Positions 39,506 to 48,721 are shown, counted from the stretch's first letter. The stretch is 61,444 nt of DNA from Acidimicrobiia bacterium (GCA_029210695.1 JARGFH010000002.1:62001-123444), one strand, 5' to 3'. The notes: a model not told the origin generated them from the letters alone. Program-made: numbers and translations.

Positions 39506-40594
39506 TCAGCCGAGCTTCGCTGCAATGGAAGATGCGCTGCGCAGAGCCGCACCGTCGGCACCGGCCGTCGTGTAGGCATCGGGCTGGGACTGCTCGGCCT
39601 CCGCCACCATGTCGCGGAGTAGCTGGATCCTGCTGACCCCTGCTTCCGCCCACAGGTACGCAGATAGGCTGCCGGGGATCGTGTTGATCTCATTCACATA
39701 CAGGTCGTCTCCGTCTTGGAGGAAGTCGATTCTGGCCACAGACCGGGTCCGAACCAGGCCGGCGATAGTGGTCGACATCGAGCGAATCGACTCGGTCCAT
39801 GTAGCGGGGATGTCGGCCGGGATCTCCCTGGCCGAACCATCGAGACCGCCGCCTGCGAGGTACTTTTGCCGGTAGTCGTAGATGCGGGCGGCGGCGTCGG
39901 CCCGGATCGGCGCTTCGATCGGAGACAGCTGCAACTGCGGGAACGTTCGAACGGAGATGTTCAAGTCCCGGCTCTTCGGAAGGTACGGCTCGACCACGGC
40001 TCCACGTCGCATGTGCGGCGAACGTGACACGAGCGCCAGTGCAGTGTCCCAGTCCTCTACGACTTCGATGCCGATCGACGACCCTCCAAACCGCGGCTTG
40101 GCGATGAACGGCCCATCGAAGTCCGGCGCCCGGCCCGGCGTAACGAGCACTCTCGGGAGCGTCGGGAGTCCGGCAGCCGCTACAACGGCACCGAACGCGT
40201 ATTTGTCCATTCCAAGGAGAGATCCCGCCGCGTCCGGCCCCGTGTACCGTATCCCGGCCAAGCTGAGGGCCGCCTGGAGAGTCCCATCCTCACCGGGGCC
40301 GCCGTGACAACAGATCACGACGGCGGATGGAGACAGCGCCTTCTTCTTGAGGAAGAATCCGCCGCCGGGAGCAGCCTCGAACCGAAGCTGCCGTGCCTTG
40401 GCCGGCACCCCATCTGCGAAGTCCGCGGCCTCCATCGTGGCCTCGACGAGAAACCAATCCCCGGTCTTTGACCAATAGACGGCATCGACAGCCGTGCCTG
40501 CCTCAGTCAAGGTTCTGGCCGCCTGGAGGCCGGTCAGAATGCTGATGTCGTGTTCCGGGGATGGCCCGCCGAACAGAACCGCCGGTCGACTCAT
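39506..40594 (-). CDS. ddl: D-alanine--D-alanine ligase
   Basis: FGGPSPEHDIS, HGGPGEDG, KPRFGGSSIGI, ARIDF, NEINTIPGS. Confidence 0.9.
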   Translation of the reverse strand: MSRPAVLFGGPSPEHDISILTGLQAARTLTEAGTAVDAVYWSKTGDWFLVEATMEAADFADGVPAKARQLRFEAAPGGGFFLKKKALSPSAVVICCHGGPGEDGTLQAALSLAGIRYTGPDAAGSLLGMDKYAFGAVVAAAGLPTLPRVLVTPGRAPDFDGPFIAKPRFGGSSIGIEVVEDWDTALALVSRSPHMRRGAVVEPYLPKSRDLNISVRTFPQLQLSPIEAPIRADAAARIYDYRQKYLAGGGLDGSAREIPADIPATWTESIRSMSTTIAGLVRTRSVARIDFLQDGDDLYVNEINTIPGSLSAYLWAEAGVSRIQLLRDMVAEAEQSQPDAYTTAGADGAALRSASSIAAKLG

Positions 40595-40607
40595 GGCACG
40601 CTCCTCA

Positions 40608-42119
40608 TTACGGGTAGTGATCCGGTAGGTCATTCTCGTAGAGAACAACGTCTCCCCGACCGAGATTGGCGCGCACCCATTCGACGGCCTCCGGACGGGA
40701 GTCGACCACCATAACGGACGCTCTGCCTCCTTCCGTTCCCTTCAAAAGGGCGCGCCGGTTGGTGAGGCCGACGATAAGGATATCGGTGGCAACTTCAACG
40801 GCTTGTGCAGCCAGGCGAGCATTTTCGGTCACCTGGTCGGCTCCGAGTTCGACCATGCCGGGGGTAACGAGCACCCGCCTGGCGCCCGAACCAATTTCGC
40901 CGAGCAACTGCAAACCGGCTGAAGCTCCTGCCGGGTTGGAATTGTACGTGTCGTCGATGATCGTGAAGCCCAGATCGCTCTGCGTCAGCGTCTGCCGGTG
41001 CGCCGGCCGATCGGCACCGGCCAGCGCAGATCGGATCGAGCCGGGATCGACGCCAAAGGCGAGTGCAGCCCCGATCGCGCAGGCGACATTCGTCGCGAAG
41101 GCAACCGGCGGATCCAACCGGGCGAGGAGCGCTCCGCCGGCCCACACTTCCTGAACGCCGTTATGGCCGAGCACACAAACGTCCGCCGAAGTGTCGATCG
41201 CCGAGCACCTGATCACCCGGCGGACGCCGGCCTGACGATCGGCCAATCCGGCCAGACGCCGGTCATCGATGTTGAGCACGGCGACGCCTGCTCCCTCGAG
41301 GATCTCCGATTTCGCTTCGAGCGTCCGCTCCAGAGAACCGAATCGTTCGAGGTGCACAGGGCCGATGGCGGTGATAATTGCCACCTCCGGGGGGATCCAC
41401 GAACACAGCGCGGCGATTTCGCCCGGCCCGTAAGCCCCCATCTCGGCGATGAACAACTCGGAACCCGGCGTGAGGTGTTCGTTGATCGCACGAGCCAGTC
41501 CCATGGCGTTGTTGAAGCTGGCAGGGCTCGCCACCACCTGCATCTCGGCGGCCAGGAGCAACCGCGCATACTCCTTGGTGGTGGTCTTCCCATACGATCC
41601 GGTGATCGCGAGGATCCGGGGGTCGACGGCGTTGAGCTTGTCGCGGGCCTTGTCGATCCAGCGCCTTCCGAGCCTGGCTTCAAGGGGCGCCGCCAGTGCC
41701 AGTCCAAGGTCGATCAACAGCGGCATCCCGAGGGCAAGGATGGCAGCGACGACGGTGACAAACTCGAGAACGACGCTCGCCACGATCAACAGTGCGGCCG
41801 AGCCGGAGACAATGGCCGTCAACCGGCGAAGGCGACCCGTCCAGCGAAGAGGCGATGAAACCCCCCGCACTCCCAACCCGAGGGGGCCGAGAGCGGCAAC
41901 CCCGATCGGGACAAGCGCCATCCACCACCACCACGGGGTAGCCGCAAGACCGACGATTCCCGCGACGAAGAGCCAGACATTCCGCGATCCCGTCCACCAG
42001 CGAAGGGCGAACCGTATCGTCGATCCCCCCAGGTAATGCTCCCGTTGAGCAACGCGCAGAAATCGCAGAGCAGCAGGAGCGGCTGCCGCCACGCCGAGCG
42101 CCAGGACGATCCACGTCAT
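40608..42119 (-). CDS. murF: MurF-type ligase with N-terminal TM region
   Basis: ITGSYGKTTTKE, SFNNAMG, AEMGAY, IDDTYNSNP, TPGMVELG. Confidence 0.82.
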   Translation of the reverse strand: MTWIVLALGVAAAAPAALRFLRVAQREHYLGGSTIRFALRWWTGSRNVWLFVAGIVGLAATPWWWWMALVPIGVAALGPLGLGVRGVSSPLRWTGRLRRLTAIVSGSAALLIVASVVLEFVTVVAAILALGMPLLIDLGLALAAPLEARLGRRWIDKARDKLNAVDPRILAITGSYGKTTTKEYARLLLAAEMQVVASPASFNNAMGLARAINEHLTPGSELFIAEMGAYGPGEIAALCSWIPPEVAIITAIGPVHLERFGSLERTLEAKSEILEGAGVAVLNIDDRRLAGLADRQAGVRRVIRCSAIDTSADVCVLGHNGVQEVWAGGALLARLDPPVAFATNVACAIGAALAFGVDPGSIRSALAGADRPAHRQTLTQSDLGFTIIDDTYNSNPAGASAGLQLLGEIGSGARRVLVTPGMVELGADQVTENARLAAQAVEVATDILIVGLTNRRALLKGTEGGRASVMVVDSRPEAVEWVRANLGRGDVVLYENDLPDHYP

Positions 42120-42841
42120 ACCGACAACTCATCGATGGCAGCGCAGAGCCGCTCCGGATGGGAGAGGTGGACGTCATGGCCGGCACCCGCGACCACATCG
42201 AGAGTGCCATCAGCCAGGAAGCCGAGGGCGGCGGCGGCCACTGCCGTTGGCACCGCGCTGTCCTGCTCCCCCCACACGAGCCGAACGGGACACTTAACGG
42301 CGCCCAGTTCGATTTCGTAGCTCTCGTTCACCACCTTCACGAGGACATCGCGCATCACGCCGGCGGCAGCTCGATAGTCGGCCGAACCGAACCGACGCCG
42401 GGCCCGTTCGAGCCGGGCTGCGGACACGAGTCCCATCGACCCGGCCCGGCGAACCAACCGATAGCGCCACGGCGGTTTGCCGGCCGGACTCAGGCGGATG
42501 AGCGGCACACCGGCCAGAACCAGGCCGGACACAGCCTCGGGTCGCGAGGCCGCCAGGGCGACGGCTATTCGACCTCCAAACGAGTGGCCGACGATCACCG
42601 GTGGTGTTTCGAACTCGCCCAAGACCGACCCTATCAATTCTGCATACCCGGTGGCTCCCATGGATTCATCAGGGGGAGGCGAGGCGCCAAAGCCGGGTAG
42701 ATCGAGCGCAATCGCCTCGTATCCCGACAACCACCCCTCGAAATCGGTACGACTGCGACCCCAACCGTGCAGTGCCAGCACCCTTGGTTGAGCACTCCCA
42801 TAGCGCACCCCGAAGAGGTTTCCGTAGGAACGCAAAGTCAT
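42116..42841 (-). CDS. Alpha/beta fold hydrolase
   Basis: LHGWG, DLPGFG, GHSFGG, WGEQD, GAGH. Confidence 0.88.
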   Translation of the reverse strand: MTLRSYGNLFGVRYGSAQPRVLALHGWGRSRTDFEGWLSGYEAIALDLPGFGASPPPDESMGATGYAELIGSVLGEFETPPVIVGHSFGGRIAVALAASRPEAVSGLVLAGVPLIRLSPAGKPPWRYRLVRRAGSMGLVSAARLERARRRFGSADYRAAAGVMRDVLVKVVNESYEIELGAVKCPVRLVWGEQDSAVPTAVAAAALGFLADGTLDVVAGAGHDVHLSHPERLCAAIDELSV

Positions 42842-42894
42842 TGGAGGATCGACGATCCAAGATCCAACATGGCGGGGAGATTACCCTGACCATT

Positions 42895-44766
42895 GTGACC
42901 ATCCCTTCAATCAGCGCTCAGCGCTCCACCAGAGCGGCTATGGCGGCTTCCCGGGCGAGGGTCGTTGCGCTGGCCCTGCGGGCCGGGTGGCTCATGCTGG
43001 CATCCTTTGTGTTCGCTACATGGCGGATCGGCGAAGTCGACAACCTCCGTGTGTGGGCCCCACAAGTTGCCATCGCCGCGGTACTCGGCGCATTGTCCCT
43101 ACCCAACTGGGATTTGACGCTACGACGCGGCTCCGGCGATCTCTTGCTGCTGCTTGGAGTCATCACCATCGGTTCGGCGATGAGCATCATGGCGACGGTT
43201 CCAGCCTTCGCCTCGTTCGTGCTCATCGGCTACTTCGGGGTGGTGGCGCTCATGGCGGCGCTGGCCCACTGGATCGTTCCCCTCATCACTGCCCTGGTAC
43301 TCGTAGCAACGAACGTCATCGCTCAGACCGCCTTCGGGACCACTCCGAATCCGGAAGACATCGTCGTACCGGCCATCACCCTGGTAGTGGTCGGCATCGC
43401 AACCGCCGCCATCACCAACGAGTTGCGAAGGGAGATCCGCAGCGGCATCCGAAGACAGCGGGAACTCGAGGCACGAGAACGGGATCTGGAACGCCTCTAC
43501 GAAGTCTCCCGAACCCTGGCCGCCGGGGACTCGCTCACCCGCGTTCTCCCAGAACTCGTCGGCAAGATCGCCACCTACCTCAAAGCTGAGGTAGGCGTCG
43601 TCCTCCTCCACGACCCGGCCCGCGGCGCGCTCGAAGTCGTCAGTCCGATCTGGGCTGCCGGACATACGCTCGACGTCACCGGCTATCTGCTCCCCCTGCG
43701 CCGCCGCGGCAACATCGAGCAGACGTTCGTGTCCGGCCAGGCGCGCCGCTTCAGCCAGACAGACGGGAAGAACTCCAACCACCTGCTCACCGAACTCGGA
43801 GTGCAGCACGCAGTGGCGGTGCCGCTCAAGGTCGAACATCGCACCATGGGCGTCATGATGGTGGCGGATCGGACGGATGGAACCCCGTTCACCGACGACG
43901 ACCTCGACGTCCTGGCTTCGCTGTCGGCACCGGCGGCACTAGTGCTTGCCCATCTCGGGCGCTATGAGGAGGCCGCAGAAGCCGGCCGCCGGATGGAGGA
44001 ACTGGCGCAACTCAAATCGGATTTCGTCTCCGTCGTCTCGCACGAATTGCGGACTCCGCTGACCAGCATTATCGGCTCGCTCGACACGATCGCCAGGCCG
44101 GAGCTGGCACCGACTCACGCAAGTGCCCTGAGTCTGCTCGATTCGGCCAGAAACCAGGCCGGGCGACTCCGGCAGCTGATCGAGAACCTGCTGATGACGT
44201 CACGGATCGACAATCAAGCACTGCCGCAACACCCCACCGAAATCGATTTGGAATCTTTCCTCCGTTCGGTGATCGACGAGATCCCGGGAGCCGCGGCGCA
44301 GGTGAACATTCGGTCAACGGAAGAGGTAACGGTTCGCGTCGACCCCGATCACCTGGGTCGGGTACTCATCAACCTCATCCAGAATGCGTTGAAGTACGCG
44401 CCCGGCTCTCCTGCAGAGATCGTGGTGAAAGTGCAGGGCGAGCGGGTCGAGATCAGCGTCGTCGATCGCGGCCCCGGTATCAGTTCCGAGATGAGAGACA
44501 AAGTATTCGAACCCTTCACGCAGCTCGAACCGGCGGCCACCCGCTCCCGCAGCGGGACAGGATTGGGGCTGGCCATCGTCAAGGGCCTGGTCGAATCGAT
44601 GGGTGGAACCGTGCGACTCGACGACACGCCGGGGGGTGGAGCTACATTCGTGGTCGATCTCCCTGCGCGGCCACGGGACTTGCCGCGCTCGCCGGGAGCG
44701 GACGGCACCCCCTCCGGCTACTCGCGCGATCCGGCTGCGACTGCGTGGAACCCTCCATCGACATGA
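42895..44766 (+). CDS. Membrane GAF sensor histidine kinase (start uncertain)
   Basis: TM segments, GAF domain, VSHELRTPL, NLIQNALKY, DRGPG, GTGLGL. Confidence 0.9.
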   Translation: MTIPSISAQRSTRAAMAASRARVVALALRAGWLMLASFVFATWRIGEVDNLRVWAPQVAIAAVLGALSLPNWDLTLRRGSGDLLLLLGVITIGSAMSIMATVPAFASFVLIGYFGVVALMAALAHWIVPLITALVLVATNVIAQTAFGTTPNPEDIVVPAITLVVVGIATAAITNELRREIRSGIRRQRELEARERDLERLYEVSRTLAAGDSLTRVLPELVGKIATYLKAEVGVVLLHDPARGALEVVSPIWAAGHTLDVTGYLLPLRRRGNIEQTFVSGQARRFSQTDGKNSNHLLTELGVQHAVAVPLKVEHRTMGVMMVADRTDGTPFTDDDLDVLASLSAPAALVLAHLGRYEEAAEAGRRMEELAQLKSDFVSVVSHELRTPLTSIIGSLDTIARPELAPTHASALSLLDSARNQAGRLRQLIENLLMTSRIDNQALPQHPTEIDLESFLRSVIDEIPGAAAQVNIRSTEEVTVRVDPDHLGRVLINLIQNALKYAPGSPAEIVVKVQGERVEISVVDRGPGISSEMRDKVFEPFTQLEPAATRSRSGTGLGLAIVKGLVESMGGTVRLDDTPGGGATFVVDLPARPRDLPRSPGADGTPSGYSRDPAATAWNPPST

Positions 44767-45500
44767 ACAACCTCGCCGGTGGTCATGGGAGTCCAGTCGG
44801 AGAGGAGGAGCGCGACCATTTGCGCAACCGGGGTCGGATCGGATGAGTCCCACTCGATTGGTGACCTCTGCAACCACGCCCGCTCAAGAGACTGGAATCC
44901 CGGGATCGATTTGGCTGCGATCGTCGACAGCGGGCCGGCCGAGACGGCGTTGACCCGAATGTGTTCGGCACCGAGGTCCCGGGCGAGATAGCGCGTCACC
45001 GCCTGGAGCGCCGCCTTGGCAACACCCATCCAGTCATAAATCGGCCAGGCTTGCGTGTTGTCAAAATCGAGTGTGACCAATGATCCACCGCCTGCCGCCC
45101 GCATGAGCGGCAACAGGCCAACGGCCAGGGTCTTATAAGAGAAGGCGGACGTCTGGAATGCGGTATTGGCACTCTCCGCCGGGGTGTTCAGGAAGTTACC
45201 GCCCAGGGCGTCTTGCGGCGCATAAGCGATAGCGTGCAATGCGCCGTCGACCGCTCCCCAGCGCGACGACAAGTCGGCCACCACGGCGTCCATGTGGGCA
45301 GGTTCGTTGATATCGAGTTCAAGTACATCGACGGACTGGGGAAGACGCCTCGCCGCCCGCTCGGTCAAGCGCAGGCCACGCCCGAAACTCGTCAACACGA
45401 TCTCGGCGCCCTGTTCCTGCGCAATGCGAGCGACATGCCATGCGATTGAGTCGTCGGTGACGACGCCTGTGATCACCAGCTTCTTCCGTTCGAGCAACAT
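44718..45500 (-). CDS. fabI: Enoyl-ACP reductase FabI (InhA-like)
   Basis: ITGVVTDDSIAW, YDWMGVAKAAL, VSAGPL, TTGEVVHVDGG. Confidence 0.93.
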   Translation of the reverse strand: MLLERKKLVITGVVTDDSIAWHVARIAQEQGAEIVLTSFGRGLRLTERAARRLPQSVDVLELDINEPAHMDAVVADLSSRWGAVDGALHAIAYAPQDALGGNFLNTPAESANTAFQTSAFSYKTLAVGLLPLMRAAGGGSLVTLDFDNTQAWPIYDWMGVAKAALQAVTRYLARDLGAEHIRVNAVSAGPLSTIAAKSIPGFQSLERAWLQRSPIEWDSSDPTPVAQMVALLLSDWTPMTTGEVVHVDGGFHAVAAGSRE

Positions 45501-45508
45501 GAGGCTCC

Positions 45509-45877
45509 TCACCCGCCTAGATCGGTTCCGATGTTGGCAATGGCACGGAACCCCGACCCCATGAGGAAGAGGAGGAACAACCCCCATGCCAGTGCAGCCC
45601 GTTTTCCCAGTTGTGACCGATAGATGTAGCCGAAGGCGATGGAGGCGGCGATCACCATGCCGTAGAAGAGATGGCCCGACCCCGGCTCTCCGCCATCGGC
45701 ATACAGGATGAGCCCCATCGCGCCCTGCGCCAGCATGCTTCCAACCGCTACCAGTGCCGCAGAAGTGAAAGCTCGTGGCGGCTGGCGCTTGAGGACGGCC
45801 AGCCCGAGACCCCAGAGGCCGGTTACGCCGGTCAGGCCGATCGCAACCCAGGCACCGATACCGTGGACGTCGGTCAC
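45509..45877 (-). CDS. Four-TM membrane protein
   Basis: Four hydrophobic segments; HLFYG. Confidence 0.65.
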   Translation of the reverse strand: MTDVHGIGAWVAIGLTGVTGLWGLGLAVLKRQPPRAFTSAALVAVGSMLAQGAMGLILYADGGEPGSGHLFYGMVIAASIAFGYIYRSQLGKRAALAWGLFLLFLMGSGFRAIANIGTDLGG

Positions 45878-45959
45878 CCTCTTCCTCTCTGTGGTCGGGG
45901 AAGGACCTTACTGCCCTCAACAGATCGAGCGCAGTTCGCGCGACCGACGATGGTCCGAA

Positions 45960-46238
45960 TCAGTCGATCTCTACGAGTTGGCCGGTGCGCAAATCGAGCA
46001 TGAACTCCTGGTCGTTCGAGGAGTCAGCGATCCAGTTGGCCAGTTGCGCGCCCTGGCTGCGGACAACCCACCATGCGTATTCGGAGCGATCGGCGGCGTG
46101 GAAGGCTGCTTTGGCGGCCCGGCCGGCGGCGATGGCCTCCGATTCCTCTCCGTAGGTCCCGATCAAGCGCTCGAGTGGTGTCGGATTGGGACGGCCGGAA
46201 GTACCTTCGACTTCAATGAACTCAACCGCCTCGAACAT
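45960..46238 (-). CDS. Hypothetical protein
   Basis: GGAGG RBS before MFEAVEF; operonic position. Confidence 0.55.
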   Translation of the reverse strand: MFEAVEFIEVEGTSGRPNPTPLERLIGTYGEESEAIAAGRAAKAAFHAADRSEYAWWVVRSQGAQLANWIADSSNDQEFMLDLRTGQLVEID

Positions 46239-46270
46239 GTTCCCCTCCGGTGACCTGTTGGAAACCAATG

Positions 46271-46777
46271 CTACCGGCTGGTTGGGGGATTTGAAACAAC
46301 TTCTGCGGACTTGGTCACATCCGCCACCACCGCGCCGGTCGCCTCTATGAGATCGATGCTTCGGAGATGAATCGCAAGGCCTGAGACACCACCGCCGACC
46401 GAAACCTCGGCCTTCGACTCGAGCGAGCTGTCGGCAACAACCGGCCAGTTGCCGGCGGCGCCGAACGGGGTGATAGTGCCTCTCCGGTATCCGGTGGCAG
46501 TGAAGGCCTCATCAGCGTCGGGGAGAGACAGGCGCGACACACCCCGGCATTTCCGCAGTTTTGTCCAGTCGATGACCCGGTCACCGGGAACCAGGATCAA
46601 AAGATACCGGCCCTCCGACTCACGCACGACGATCGTCTTGATGAGCTGGTTCAGATCGATATTTCGGGCGGCGGCGGCTTCGCCTACAGAAGATACCTCC
46701 CCGAACGGGACCAACCGGTGCTCGACGCCGGAGGAGGCCACGGCAATGGTGGCGGGCGTTTCGGGGAGGGCCGTCAA
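46271..46777 (-). CDS. YbaK/EbsC aminoacyl-tRNA deacylase
   Basis: LIKTIVV, TGYRRGTITPFG, VSVGGG. Confidence 0.88.
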   Translation of the reverse strand: MTALPETPATIAVASSGVEHRLVPFGEVSSVGEAAAARNIDLNQLIKTIVVRESEGRYLLILVPGDRVIDWTKLRKCRGVSRLSLPDADEAFTATGYRRGTITPFGAAGNWPVVADSSLESKAEVSVGGGVSGLAIHLRSIDLIEATGAVVADVTKSAEVVSNPPTSR

Positions 46778-47380
46778 TCAGATCTCGTCGAGAAGCTTCT
46801 GCTTCTTGGCGGCGAACTCCTCATCCGTCAGGACACCGTCGCGATGGAGGCGAGCGAGTGACTCGAGTTGCCCCGCGGCTCCCCCCTGGTTGCCCCCTTC
46901 GAGCGCAACCGTTCGCTTCTCTCTCAGTTGGTAGATCTGCGATTGGACATCCTCAGGGCGGGGAATATCGGTGAAACGGCTCTGCCCCTGCTCACCGGCG
47001 GACTCGATCAAGAGATCGCCCGAATGCACCAGCCGCTCCAGCACCGACTGCGAGAACGCAACGTCGTTGATGACCTCGAGCGGAATCTCCTTGCCTCGAC
47101 GAGCCAGTACCCCCGACCGAACGATGAGGCGTTCGTTGGTGACGATGTATCGGGTGAACCACCAATCGAGGTAGCGCGGAACGGCGGTGATGAGCCAGAC
47201 GAGGGCAACGACGGCCAGCGAGATCCACATGGCGCCTTCGTCTAGGAGCGCGGTGACGGCAACCAGCGCGGCGATGGCGACGATCGTGATGGCGGTGGGA
47301 ACCATGATTCTCTGCCAATGCGGGCGGAACTCGAGTTGGACGGCTTCGCCGGGACTGAGGAGACGTTCTGGGTAGGGCAT
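46778..47380 (-). CDS. Membrane PH (bPH_2) domain protein with SHOCT tail
   Basis: RPHW, two TM, YIVTNERLI, GDLLIESAGE; LHRDGVLTDEEF..KK..LL; leaderless TACCAT-N6-ATG. Confidence 0.85.
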   Translation of the reverse strand: MPYPERLLSPGEAVQLEFRPHWQRIMVPTAITIVAIAALVAVTALLDEGAMWISLAVVALVWLITAVPRYLDWWFTRYIVTNERLIVRSGVLARRGKEIPLEVINDVAFSQSVLERLVHSGDLLIESAGEQGQSRFTDIPRPEDVQSQIYQLREKRTVALEGGNQGGAAGQLESLARLHRDGVLTDEEFAAKKQKLLDEI

Positions 47381-47432
47381 GAGCTTATGGTACGCGAGTC
47401 ACGGCTCGCGCGAGTCGCCGGTTGCATCTCAA

Positions 47433-47841
47433 GACGCGGAAAACCCCGAGAAAGCTCCGACCGAAGTCGTTACCCTCTCGGGGTTCCCGAACCCCGCTCC
47501 GGTTCGAGTCCCGAAGGACAAGATCCGAGGCGAGTCCCGAAGTAGCGTTTCCACTACCCCGGACCCACAGCCTTTCAGCCCCGGGCTCGTTCTCCACCAA
47601 TCCCGAAAGACTGGTATCGAACACGGCCCCTCGTTTCCAAGAGACCTGGTATCCCCCGAAGGAGAAACCAACACTCCGGCCGGACGCCCGATCGACCCGA
47701 AGGTCTCCCGGGACGGACAACCCTTACGAGCTGCCTCTCCCTTTCAGGAGCCACCGAAGTGGTTGTCCCATCCAAAGCCGCTCAGTTTCCCAAATGGCCC
47801 CGTCCGGGACAATGCCGTCTCAGAGTTTCCTCCGAACCGGC
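47433..47841 (-). ncRNA. Putative ~409-nt tetraloop-rich structured RNA, copy A
   Basis: 13 consecutive hairpins capped by GAAA (6), GUAA (1) and UUCG (6), with G-U pairs that work only on the minus strand; own promoter; long 3' hairpin. Confidence 0.8.
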
Positions 47842-47848
47842 AGGGAGG

Positions 47849-47923
47849 AACATATCGGCTACCCCCACCCAACGCAAGGCAGAAACCAACCCAGATTTCG
47901 CGACCCAAACATAAAAGTCGCGA
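47849..47923 (-). promoter_or_regulatory. Promoter of RNA A with upstream TCGCGA pair
   Basis: TTGCGT(47877-72)-N17-TATGTT(47854-49); TCGCGA at 47898-903 and 47918-923. Confidence 0.72.
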
Positions 47924-48008
47924 GTTACGAGTCGCGGGTCGCCAGTTACGGGTCGCGAGTTCGCGAGTCCACGAGTCGCGGGTCCCGAGTTACGAGTCGC
48001 TAGTCGCG
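47916..48008. repeat. Degenerate heptamer tract (AGTCGCG/AGTTACG), ~13 units
   Basis: Spacer between RNA genes; only 3 units at 48504-48524. Confidence 0.85.
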
Positions 48009-48020
48009 GGTACGCCCCAG

Positions 48021-48429
48021 GACGCGGAAAACCCCGAGAAAGCTCCGACCGAAGTCGTTACCCTCTCGGGGTTCCCGAACCCCGCTCCGGTTCGAGTCCC
48101 GAAGGACAAGATCCGAGGCGAGTCCCGAAGTAGCGTTTCCACTACCCCGGACCCACAGCCTTTCAGCCCCGGGCTCGTTCTCCACCAATCCCGAAAGACT
48201 GGTATCGAACACGGCCCCTCGTTTCCAAGAGACCTGGTATCCCCCGAAGGAGAAACCAACACTCCGGCCGGACGCCCGATCGACCCGAAGGTCTCCCGGG
48301 ACGGACAACCCTTACGAGCTGCCTCTCCCTTTCAGGAGCCACCGAAGTGGTTGTCCCATCCAAAGCCGCTCAGTTTCCCAAATGGCCCCGTCCGGGACAA
48401 TGCCGTCTCAGAGTTTCCTCCGAACCGGC
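48021..48429 (-). ncRNA. Putative tetraloop-rich structured RNA, copy B (identical to A)
   Basis: Identical sequence; promoter TTGCGT(48465-60)-N17-TATGTT(48442-37). Confidence 0.8.
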
Positions 48430-48536
48430 AGGGAGGAACATATCGGCTACCCCCACCCAACGCAAGGCAGAAACCAACCCAGATTTCGCGACCCAAACAT
48501 AAAAGTCGCGAGTTACGAGTCGCGGATACGCCCCAG

Positions 48537-48721
48537 GACGCGGAAAACCCCGAGAAAGCTCCGACCGAAGTCGTTACCCTCTCGGGGTTCCCGATCCCGG
48601 GAACTCCTTGCCCGAAAGCTCGGTCTTCCCGAAGACTCCCTCGACCGGCGTTTCCACCGATTCCGGTCCGAAGAGCCCTCTCGACCTCTTCAGTCCGCTT
48701 CGCAGTTTCCTGCGATGCGGT
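48537..48721 (-). ncRNA. Putative ~185-nt short family member, RNA C
   Basis: 5 hairpins (GAAA, GAGA, GAAA, UUCG, UUCG); last 58 nt identical to A/B; 5' hairpin analogous to that of A/B. Confidence 0.75.

Larger units (their letters stand above)
47433..48525. repeat. Exact 505-bp direct repeat, period 588 bp
   Basis: 47433-47937 matches 48021-48525 by eye. Confidence 0.95.

Noticed and set aside
44718..44766. 49-bp tail-to-tail overlap of the histidine kinase and fabI
   Set aside because: Short convergent overlaps are common, and the kinase tail is low-complexity
46231..46243. TCGAACATGTTCC as an SOS box
   Set aside because: The spacer between GAAC and GTTC is 2 nt rather than 4
47501..47512. 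GGTTCGAGTCCC resembling a tRNA T-loop
   Set aside because: The T-stem does not pair beyond 2 bp, and no D-arm, anticodon arm or acceptor stem is present
47433..47841. RNase P, tmRNA, SRP, or rRNA/rrn leader identity for the RNA
   Set aside because: GAGGAAACUC differs from the RNase P GAGGAAAGUCC and the 3' P4 motif is absent; there are no tRNA-like ends, no SRP core, no 16S/23S sequence and no BoxA
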